Below are positions 46,923 through 55,090 of a stretch of DNA of 55,090 nt, one piece after another. A program made the translations under genes and the position numbers. Position 1 is the first letter of the stretch. Each line of letters begins with the position of its first letter. The notes beneath the pieces were generated by a model. That model saw only the letters and a list, made by a program, of their open reading frames with translations, had not been told where the DNA came from and ran no database searches. Location of the stretch: contig PATE01000102.1 in NCBI GenBank assembly GCA_002712305.1, forward strand, positions 1 through 55,090, in the 5' to 3' direction. Origin of the DNA: Gemmatimonadota bacterium. GTDB taxonomy: Bacteria > Latescibacterota > UBA2968 > UBA8231.

Positions 46923-49738
46923 TGCGTACCCTGGTGAAGTTCCTGCGCGCTTTCGCGCCATTGGCGGCCCTCACGCTGGCCATTCCGGCACAAGCCCCGG
47001 CGGAGTTGTTGTTCCGTCCGGGTCAGCCTTACGTGAACTACGCCTACGAGAGTTATCGGGCTTACGACTCTATTCTCTTCGGTCGTGACCGGACGCCACA
47101 GTTTGATGCGTTGGGTCAGTTCGTGATGAATGGAATCAACGTCTTTGAGATGCAGGAGTTCCGTTCGATCAGCCCCTCACCGGGTAGCATCGTACGCAAA
47201 CCCCAGCTCTACGGGACCTACCTGAATCGACTCGTCGTCGCCGACGACAGTTACAAGGGCGTCACAACACGCTTCATCATCGGCGACCGGATCCGCGCCA
47301 AGTTCACGCCGCTGACCCTCGACCTGGCAGCCATGAACGGGATGCGACTCGATTCGCACTTCCGCGGCGGATCTCTCGTGCTGGTGACCTCGCGTGTGGA
47401 CAAGCCGATCTTCGAGGCCCTGCAGAACAATGACCACCGGATTCACGGCTCTGAATCGTCTGAATTCATCCCTCGATGGGCGACCTATCTCATGGGAGCC
47501 GATCTGCGCACGCAGCTGCAGGGGCTCGATGCGGGTTTCTCGTGGGTCAACCAGTTCCGTACAGACAGTCTTCGCGATCTGGGTGAGAACAGTTTCAAGG
47601 GCACCCTGCCGAGCATCGGTGTCGCACCACAGTGGGTGGTCGTTCGCGTGGCTGACCAGTACGTGGACGACGCCGTTGGTGCTCGGGTACGTGGTGCCAC
47701 CCTCTATCTGAATGGTCAGCCCTTTCGGCCCGAGGTCGCTGCCTACGACAAGACCACGCCTGATCGTCTGACCATGACTGTTACTCTCGATCCTGACAGA
47801 GCGGTCATCCCACCGGCGGGACGGGACAACTCGAATACTCTGGTCATCGAACAACCACATCAGCTGCCCTCACCTGAGGGCTTTTACGAGACCGAAGGGG
47901 AAGAGGCGCTGTTGTTATGGTTCAAGGTCCCCTCGACCCTTCCCGGAGACGGGGCCTTCGGTGATCCAGTGGAAGAGGTTGAGGTCGAGTTAGAGGTGGC
48001 CGGCGACTATCAGATCGAGTTGTCGGAAGTCTTCGAGGGAGCTTCGTCGAATCCGGTGACGTACTTCTACACGGCGGCCCAGTCCGAAGGTCGGCCGGAG
48101 ATCGGCAATTTCCGCCGAGTACGGGTGCGTTATGGCCGCCAGACAGGTCGCACCTTGCTGAGTGCGCATGTGAATCTGGATATCAAGGGGTGGCTGCTGC
48201 ACAGCGAGATCGTGCGCAACTACAGCTACCGGGCCTACCCGGGGCTGAATCGTCGCAAGCTCGACATCTTCGACGACCAGACCCATGCGTGGTTCTTTAA
48301 TTTCCGGCGCGATTTCGGCCATTTCAGCCTCGGTGGTGAGGCTTACAATGTGGATGGCCGGTATTCCACGGTGCTGAATGTGCAGGACGACGATCTGCGG
48401 AGTTACTTCCAGTTCCTGTCCAGCCCGTTCAGTTATCCGACCAACTTCAACGAGCCTCGTCTGGCGAATTTTGTCGCCGGCAATCGGGCGGCGCCCACGA
48501 ATACGATCGAGTTCAATACGGTCGACGACAATGATGACAAGGATCAGTATCCCGACAGTTACTTCCTTCGTCGCACGACCGATCTGTCGACGGGCGGTCG
48601 ATTCATCGAAGATCCGGACGGCGTGTTTCCCGGGCTCGACGCAGATCTGAACGGTCGTCCCGATATCAACGAGAACAACAATCTCATCCCGGATTACTAC
48701 GAGCCATTCCTTCTCTTCGACGTGAATCCCGATGCCTATGAATTCGGCGAAGATCTGAATGGGAATGGTGTGATCGACGATCGGGAAAATGACGAGTTGC
48801 CCGACTATCCATATGACGCGGATCGTCGAGGTTATCATCTGTTCGGCGAGATGCCCATCCCGGGATTGCCAGCGGCCAAGGCGACACTCAGCCACTACCA
48901 GACTTCGGCGCCCTTCCAGGGTGGAGAGGCCCAGGTCTCGTATCTGCGGGCTGAAATGAGCCGACGATTCCCGTTCATCGGCAATCTGCTCGGCATCTAC
49001 AAGCTCAAGCGCATCGAGGACGACATTCCCGATCCGGTGTTTGGTCTGGGTCGAAGTCCCATTTATTTCGAGCCGGATGTCTTGCCGCCGGAAAGCCTGT
49101 CAGACGAGGAGCGCCTCAATCCGCTCGGGATTCCGGTGCTGCAGCCGGATCCACTGCTGTTCAGGGACAGTTGGGTGAACCGGTTCTACGTGAAGGGGCA
49201 GTTCACGCGCATCGAGAATCTGCTCGTCGAAGTCAGCAGTCGGTACGATCGCAACCGACAGCACTCGATCGGCGACCAGTCATCGAACACCATCTCAGAC
49301 TGGGCCTATGTAGCCCGGGTCGGCTACACGTGGAACCCTTGGCGGGCACTGCGAGTGATCCCACAGGTGAAATGGCTGAGCCAGGATCTCAGCGATGACG
49401 ACGGAACCGTCCTGGAGATCGACGAGCAATTCTTCTATCCGATCCTCCGGTTGGAATACCCCATCTCCAGTCGCACAACGATCAAAGCCGGTGCGCAGGG
49501 CTTTCCCATCCTCGAGAGCAGCTATCGAAATGAGTTCTCGCCTGACGTTGATTTCGATGAGAAAGTCTATCTCGTCCAGCTGAACAACACGTCGAATTAC
49601 GTGGGTTATGAGGTCAACGTGAACCTCGGATACGAACGGCGTCAGCGCCGATTCCTCGACAAATCACGACGAGATCAGGATCTCGATTTCCATCGCTTCT
49701 TCCTGCGTGTGATCGCAGGCCTACGGCCACTGTTCTGA
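46922..49738 (+). CDS. Large exported protein, putative outer-membrane beta-barrel (paralog 2 of 3)
   Basis: TAATG coupling; signal peptide; shares FTPLT..NGMR.D, DGVFPGLD, REND..PDY and SNYxGY blocks; ends FFLRVIAGLRPLF. Confidence 0.7.
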   Translation: MRTLVKFLRAFAPLAALTLAIPAQAPAELLFRPGQPYVNYAYESYRAYDSILFGRDRTPQFDALGQFVMNGINVFEMQEFRSISPSPGSIVRKPQLYGTYLNRLVVADDSYKGVTTRFIIGDRIRAKFTPLTLDLAAMNGMRLDSHFRGGSLVLVTSRVDKPIFEALQNNDHRIHGSESSEFIPRWATYLMGADLRTQLQGLDAGFSWVNQFRTDSLRDLGENSFKGTLPSIGVAPQWVVVRVADQYVDDAVGARVRGATLYLNGQPFRPEVAAYDKTTPDRLTMTVTLDPDRAVIPPAGRDNSNTLVIEQPHQLPSPEGFYETEGEEALLLWFKVPSTLPGDGAFGDPVEEVEVELEVAGDYQIELSEVFEGASSNPVTYFYTAAQSEGRPEIGNFRRVRVRYGRQTGRTLLSAHVNLDIKGWLLHSEIVRNYSYRAYPGLNRRKLDIFDDQTHAWFFNFRRDFGHFSLGGEAYNVDGRYSTVLNVQDDDLRSYFQFLSSPFSYPTNFNEPRLANFVAGNRAAPTNTIEFNTVDDNDDKDQYPDSYFLRRTTDLSTGGRFIEDPDGVFPGLDADLNGRPDINENNNLIPDYYEPFLLFDVNPDAYEFGEDLNGNGVIDDRENDELPDYPYDADRRGYHLFGEMPIPGLPAAKATLSHYQTSAPFQGGEAQVSYLRAEMSRRFPFIGNLLGIYKLKRIEDDIPDPVFGLGRSPIYFEPDVLPPESLSDEERLNPLGIPVLQPDPLLFRDSWVNRFYVKGQFTRIENLLVEVSSRYDRNRQHSIGDQSSNTISDWAYVARVGYTWNPWRALRVIPQVKWLSQDLSDDDGTVLEIDEQFFYPILRLEYPISSRTTIKAGAQGFPILESSYRNEFSPDVDFDEKVYLVQLNNTSNYVGYEVNVNLGYERRQRRFLDKSRRDQDLDFHRFFLRVIAGLRPLF

Positions 49739-52700
49739 TGTCGATGATTCGACGACAACTCCGGCGCCCAGCGCGATGGTTGATGGTAGGGGCCATTCCA
49801 TTCGTGATGCTCGCCGTCGACGTATCTGCCCAAGGCGAAGCCGTCGAGGATACACCCGAGTCGCCGGCCGTCGGTCCCCAGCGAATCATCGAGTCGCAGC
49901 CATTCGTGGGTCGCTTTGGTAGTGATTACACCAACTGGGGCGAGCAGGACTATCCGCGCCTGGTGGGTGTCACGAGCAATCTGCGCAACTTCTACAGCAT
50001 CTTGGGCGATCCCCTCGTCTACGGTTCCGAGTCCATTCGCTGGGTGGAGAGTCGTGGTCTGGGTGTGCAGCGGTTTCAGAACGGGACATCGCTGAACGAG
50101 AATCTCGTCCATGGTGAATCCGGCGCGAGCTTCTCGAAGCTGTTCAACTATGTCGTTGTCGGCACGGATGGTACGTCTGGGTGGCAGTCGCGGGTTATCT
50201 ACGCCAACGAGCTGCGTACCAAACTCACTCCGCTGACGTTCAAAATGTCGAATCTCAACGGACTGCGGCTGGATATCGGGACGAAGCTCGACGGCTTTTC
50301 GATGATGTTCTCCCGCCTCCACGCGCCGATCTATTCCTCCGGTGCAGAGAACGACAGGTCCATCAAGGCGAAGGCGCTCCTGTTCGGGATGCACTACGAA
50401 CGCAAGGTCGGCTTCATGAATTTCGGCACGACCTTCATCAATGCGCACCAGTATGAACCACTCATGCAGGAAAGCGCGTTGTCGTTCAAAGGCGTGCCCG
50501 GTGCCATGCAGGGAACACCAACCTTGTTGGCGATTCGTATCTCGGATGATTCTCCCACTGACGGCCAGGGCCCGGTTCTTCACGACGTGTCGGTTGTCGT
50601 CAATGGTGTGGAACGGCCTGAAATCGAGCCCTTTGTCGTGCTGCAGCAGAAGCGGGGAGATGATCGTCAGAGCTACATCGCAGGTCTGTTGCGTAACGGC
50701 GATCGGCGGCCCCTCCCGCCACTGGCCAACGACTATCAGTCTCTGAACCGCGGTGGTTCATACAACACCTACGACGGTTACATCAACTATGCCCTGTTCG
50801 ACGTGGATGTCTACTACCGGGGATACGAATTCCCCTTATGGATCGACCATCTCTACTACCGGGATTACAAGGTCAATGGGCCTGACTATGTGATCAATCC
50901 AGATCACGACGAGGGTGAGAACGACATCATCGTCGGTGAAGAGTTCGCGTATGAGGCCGTGGAAGCGACGGGCGATTTCGACTTTGCGGGTATGGGGGAT
51001 CTGCCGCAGCCTCTCGATGGTGATACATACGGAATTCTCTATATCGACCTCGAAGACGTGGGAGAGACGATCCAGACCGTCCACGTCGATCTGGGCCTGT
51101 CAGGTGACTACCGGGTGGAGTTGTCCGAACTCGATCTGGCAGGGTCGACAAATACAGGCATCCGCGACAACTACCGAGACAAATACCGCTACGCCAGCTA
51201 CTTCCGCACCGTCGCTCGTGCTGAGGGCAACCCGGGGGGTGACATGGTGCGGCGTGTGCGCGTGAAGAGCGGTGTTCCCACGGGGCTGAACATCTACAGC
51301 GCCAATATGTATGGTGTCTACAAGGGATGGCAGATCAACGGAGAGATCAGCCGATCCTCCGCTTTCTATCAGTACGCCAGCGGTTTGCCGCGGCCACGCG
51401 TCTCCCTCGAATCGGTCAGTCTCAACGCGCTTGCCCGAGAGCAGGCACGGGGTGGGCGGTCGCAGGTAAGCGACGTGGCATACTACCTGACCGCGGAGAG
51501 AGATTTCGACCGCTTCGGCGTCGGCGCCGAACTCTTTGCTATCGGGCCGCTGTACGAGACCGAACTGCGCACATACATCGGTCGTGACGAGGTGGATGTA
51601 TCCGGAAATCCCATCGCCTATAACAACACGATGATTCATCGTTTTGTCGAAGACAATGACGATGACGACCGCTATCCCGATAGTTGGTACAACAATGCCC
51701 CCAGTGATCTGCAGGGCCAGTCAGACGTAGACGGTGTGTTTCCTGGACTGGACGAGGATTCAGACGGCATCCCTGACACGAATAAAGACTTCGATGCCAT
51801 ACCGGATCACCAGGAACCGTTCCTGATGTATAGCTCGGATCCACAGATCTATGACTTCGGCCTCGATCTCAACCACAACGACTTCATCGACGTCCGTGAG
51901 AACGATACCAACGCAGACCTCCCGTACGATCAGGATCTGAAGGGGATTCACGGTTACAGCAGTCTCCACCTCATGCCCGGACTCGAGTTGAGTCTCGGTG
52001 TCCTGCGAGGAGAGCAGATCGCCGGGGCGGCGCCCAACAACTCAGCCTACGCCCGACTCGAGTTGGTGAAGCAGACGCCCTCGGTGGGTCGTTTCTACGC
52101 CCATGCTTCTGCCGAACGGGTCGAGGACAGCGTCCGTGACTCGCTGAGTGTCTACTCCGATCGTGTGCTGACCGTATCGGAACAGTTTAACCTTAACTTT
52201 GCCGGTCTACAGCGCAATATCCAGATCGCTCCATTCCTGGAAGAGCCGCTGATTGATCCGCTTCTGTTTCAGAATTCCAACTGGTACCGTTTTTACACCG
52301 ACTCCCAGTGGATGTCCATTCCCGGGTTGTCCATGCGGAACAAGGTCAAGTTTGAGATCAACGACCAGCGTGAGGGCAAGCTCTGGGATGGGAATGAGCA
52401 GGAGGGGGAGCAGCTGAATCGATGGACGATGGTCCACACCTTTGACTATCGCTGGTCGATCAGTTCGAGATGGACCCTGTTCACGGGCTACAAGATGCGC
52501 TATCGCAAGGAGTGGACGGGCAGCCAGGACATTCCCTCGATTCATGAGCGTCACTCGATTCCGCTGAGTAAGCTGGAATACCGACTCACGGAACGAACAA
52601 GATTCCAACTTGGCTTCCAGGGATTCGGGCCGTGGTTGCCTTACCGCGTCACAGACCTGGTGAATCCAGAGATCGACTTCGAGCAGAATGACACTGTTCT

Positions 52701-52863
52701 GATGTTGACGAACAACTCCAACTACTTTGGCTACATCCTGACCACGACGATGGGGATGAGCAAGCGTCTCAAGGAATTCGCGGATCCTGCGGTGGCCTCT
52801 GTTGGCGATGAGGATTTCGTGTCCGCGTTCATTAAAGTCTTCGTCGGATTTGCAGACGAGTAA
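49738..52863 (+). CDS. Large exported protein, putative outer-membrane beta-barrel (paralog 3 of 3)
   Basis: TGATG coupling; signal peptide (VSA-QG); same conserved blocks; ends AFIKVFVGFADE. Confidence 0.7.
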   Translation: MSMIRRQLRRPARWLMVGAIPFVMLAVDVSAQGEAVEDTPESPAVGPQRIIESQPFVGRFGSDYTNWGEQDYPRLVGVTSNLRNFYSILGDPLVYGSESIRWVESRGLGVQRFQNGTSLNENLVHGESGASFSKLFNYVVVGTDGTSGWQSRVIYANELRTKLTPLTFKMSNLNGLRLDIGTKLDGFSMMFSRLHAPIYSSGAENDRSIKAKALLFGMHYERKVGFMNFGTTFINAHQYEPLMQESALSFKGVPGAMQGTPTLLAIRISDDSPTDGQGPVLHDVSVVVNGVERPEIEPFVVLQQKRGDDRQSYIAGLLRNGDRRPLPPLANDYQSLNRGGSYNTYDGYINYALFDVDVYYRGYEFPLWIDHLYYRDYKVNGPDYVINPDHDEGENDIIVGEEFAYEAVEATGDFDFAGMGDLPQPLDGDTYGILYIDLEDVGETIQTVHVDLGLSGDYRVELSELDLAGSTNTGIRDNYRDKYRYASYFRTVARAEGNPGGDMVRRVRVKSGVPTGLNIYSANMYGVYKGWQINGEISRSSAFYQYASGLPRPRVSLESVSLNALAREQARGGRSQVSDVAYYLTAERDFDRFGVGAELFAIGPLYETELRTYIGRDEVDVSGNPIAYNNTMIHRFVEDNDDDDRYPDSWYNNAPSDLQGQSDVDGVFPGLDEDSDGIPDTNKDFDAIPDHQEPFLMYSSDPQIYDFGLDLNHNDFIDVRENDTNADLPYDQDLKGIHGYSSLHLMPGLELSLGVLRGEQIAGAAPNNSAYARLELVKQTPSVGRFYAHASAERVEDSVRDSLSVYSDRVLTVSEQFNLNFAGLQRNIQIAPFLEEPLIDPLLFQNSNWYRFYTDSQWMSIPGLSMRNKVKFEINDQREGKLWDGNEQEGEQLNRWTMVHTFDYRWSISSRWTLFTGYKMRYRKEWTGSQDIPSIHERHSIPLSKLEYRLTERTRFQLGFQGFGPWLPYRVTDLVNPEIDFEQNDTVLMLTNNSNYFGYILTTTMGMSKRLKEFADPAVASVGDEDFVSAFIKVFVGFADE

Positions 52864-52871
52864 GGGATCGT

Positions 52872-55090
52872 ATGGGACTCCTACTCGCAGTGCTCACCCT
52901 CGCGGGGACCTTCTTCTCCTTCCAATCGCCGTCGGAGAAGGAGTTGCTCGATCGCTTTGGCGAAGCGCAGAGGTTCTACGCGGAGGGCGCTTACGATCAG
53001 GCCATCACACACTACGACGCCGTCTCGCGGGTTCGCAGTCGAGTTCTCGATACCCAATTGCTCGACGTCACGGTGGGCGAGGCCTCCTATCCGGTGCAAG
53101 AGGCGGCTGTCTACCAGGTGGGCAACGCCAATGGCAAACTCTACTCTGACTACCGGCGTTTCTCCGAGAATGCCACCGACGATGAGACCCGGCAGGAGTT
53201 CGCAGATCTCGCCCAGAAAGCCCTCGAAGGTGCTCAGGCCGCCTTCAGGCAGGTCATCGACACGGCGACAAACGATCAGCTCCGAGGCCAGGCCTACGGA
53301 AGACTGATCGAGTTGTTCTATGAGGCGCAGCAGTTCGACCGCGTCATCGAGACCTCGGCCCAACTCATCGGGGCCTACGGCTCGAGTCCACTGGCCAAGA
53401 CGGGATACTACAACACGGGTTGGGCGTATTTCGAAACCAAGAGATATGAAGAGTCGATCGAAGCCTTTCAAGCTCTGCTCGATCGTTTTCCTGCTGGTTT
53501 CGAGGCAGATCGCTCACTGTTCCAGATGGGCGAGTGTTATCTCGAGCTGGAACGTTACGAAGAAGCGATCGGCGTCTACAGCGAGCTTGTGAAGCGCCAG
53601 CGCATCGACGAGTTGACGGAAGCAGAGCTGGAGCAGATTCGGCGTGAAAAGCTGGCCGGGCTCGTCGACGAGACGGCCCTCGAACTGGCAGCCAAGGCGC
53701 AGATCCGCGTCGGCACATGTTATGCCCGACTCGGCAAATACGACGAAGGTGTGGAAGCGTATCGCACCGTGATCGAACGGTTCGCAACCGAACGCGATCT
53801 CGTCGAAGAGGCGTATCTGCAGATGGCGCGGCTCTACGACGACGGTGGAAATGCGGAGGCCGCCGTGGCGACCTATCGCGAGGCGATCCGCGAGACCTCC
53901 GACAGGACGCTTCGCGCCCGTATCCAGTACGCCCTGGCCGAACGTCTGCTGGTGCGCGATCAATACGCGGATTCGATCACGGAGTTTCGTATCTACCTGC
54001 AGGCGTATGGTGACCGAGCTGCGCAGGCCGGTTTCAGCACGTCCCGGGTTCGTTATCGACTGGGCAGCGCCTATCAGCGCTGGGCCCAGGTCTCCATCGA
54101 AGCAGGAAGCCGCCCCATTGCTCACGAGCGCCTCAACGGCGCCATCGCACACTACGACACGCTACTGACGCAGGATCCAGCCGGTTCCTATTCGATCGAT
54201 GCCACGTTCAATCGAGCCGTCGCCATGCAGGCGATCGGCACCGCCGCCAGCCTTGATGCTGCACGACTTTCCTTCGAACGAATCGTGGCAGATGCGCAGA
54301 ACGCGGGTTATGTCGAGCGCTCTCTGGTGCAGCTTGCTGAGTTGCACGGCAAGCAGGGGGATCACGCCGCAGCCGTCAGCTCTGCGCAGCAACTTCTTGA
54401 CGAATACCCCGATAGTGAGCTGGCAGACGAGGCCTATCTGCTGATGGGGCTCGCCCATCAAGCCCAAGGCATACTGCAGTCCGCTGTCGACGCCTTCGCC
54501 CGTGTCTCGGCCACCTCGCCCCTCTACGGCAGAGCCGCAATGGGTGGTGGCCATGCGCTGCTGAGCCTGGGGCGTGCACAGGACGCAATCCCCACGCTGG
54601 ACGCGGGTGTTGAAACCGCCGACCAGGCGTATCTGAGTAGCTATCGATATCTGCTCGGTCAGTCCCACCAAGCACTAGGGGCGTCTGCCGAGGCCTTTGA
54701 TCAATTCAACAAGGGGCTGGCCGCCTCTCCTCCGCGCGACCTCGAAGAGGCCCTGCGATTGGCTCGAGGGAACGCAGCCCTGCTAACCGGGGATGACGAG
54801 ACGGCCATCGAGGATCTCGAGTGGGTGATCAACACCGTCGACGATCCTGCCAAGGTCAAATACGCGCGAGACGCACTGGCGATCTCCTATCTGCGACAGA
54901 ATCGTGGTAGTGATGCACTCACGATTCTCGATGAGATGACGCGCACCGCACAAACCCGTGAGGAGGAGGCAGATCTTCTGAGTCGGATCCTCGATCTCTA
55001 CTACGATCGAGACGACTACGACGAAGCCCTCGTCATCGCCCGGCGTCTGTTGGCCCTCGAGTTTGTCGACGAAGCGACACCCCAAAGACC
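52872..55090 (+). CDS. Large TPR-repeat protein with N-terminal signal/anchor; truncated by window edge
   Basis: Not in the ORF track because it has no stop in the window. Manual translation from ATG 52872: MGLLLAVLTLAGTFFSFQSPSEKELLDRFGEAQRFYAEGAYDQAI...YYNTGWAYFETKRYEESIEAFQALLDRFP...SLFQMGECYLELERYEEAIGVYSEL (CpoB/BamD-like TPRs). Confidence 0.88.
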   Translation, partial: MGLLLAVLTLAGTFFSFQSPSEKELLDRFGEAQRFYAEGAYDQAITHYDAVSRVRSRVLDTQLLDVTVGEASYPVQEAAVYQVGNANGKLYSDYRRFSENATDDETRQEFADLAQKALEGAQAAFRQVIDTATNDQLRGQAYGRLIELFYEAQQFDRVIETSAQLIGAYGSSPLAKTGYYNTGWAYFETKRYEESIEAFQALLDRFPAGFEADRSLFQMGECYLELERYEEAIGVYSELVKRQRIDELTEAELEQIRREKLAGLVDETALELAAKAQIRVGTCYARLGKYDEGVEAYRTVIERFATERDLVEEAYLQMARLYDDGGNAEAAVATYREAIRETSDRTLRARIQYALAERLLVRDQYADSITEFRIYLQAYGDRAAQAGFSTSRVRYRLGSAYQRWAQVSIEAGSRPIAHERLNGAIAHYDTLLTQDPAGSYSIDATFNRAVAMQAIGTAASLDAARLSFERIVADAQNAGYVERSLVQLAELHGKQGDHAAAVSSAQQLLDEYPDSELADEAYLLMGLAHQAQGILQSAVDAFARVSATSPLYGRAAMGGGHALLSLGRAQDAIPTLDAGVETADQAYLSSYRYLLGQSHQALGASAEAFDQFNKGLAASPPRDLEEALRLARGNAALLTGDDETAIEDLEWVINTVDDPAKVKYARDALAISYLRQNRGSDALTILDEMTRTAQTREEEADLLSRILDLYYDRDDYDEALVIARRLLALEFVDEATPQR

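Noticed and set aside
1-55090. CRISPR arrays, tRNA/rRNA, IS elements, integrases, prophage
   Set aside because: No spaced direct repeats, cloverleafs, transposase or phage motifs were seen. The repeats found are protein-level only.

Overview
GC-rich (roughly 60% by eye) bacterial chromosomal window with no recognisable rRNA, tRNA, CRISPR array or mobile element. Gene content suggests an FCB-group heterotroph such as Candidatus Latescibacterota; this is inferred from expanded Gfo/Idh/MocA, enolase-superfamily and PhyH-HEAT families, FlgD-Ig/T9SS-like C-termini and a C-terminal WGxxK tail. The first 38 kb is mostly hydrolases and sugar-acid catabolic enzymes, with several decayed gene remnants. 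It also holds an M28-like peptidase/AAC(3)-acetyltransferase fusion operon, a 7-bladed FDGRY propeller inserted into a LamG domain, and a promoter-to-terminator structured RNA candidate at 16.8-17.0 kb. The last 17 kb is one co-directional envelope locus and is the best candidate for an undescribed system. It encodes a CsgG/FlgT-like lipoprotein, three exported proteins with three different C-terminal signal-like tails, three translationally coupled ~900-1040 aa paralogous outer-membrane-barrel-like proteins sharing an acidic Ca-binding-type insert, and a large TPR protein that runs off the window. All family assignments come from motif recognition by eye; no searches were run.
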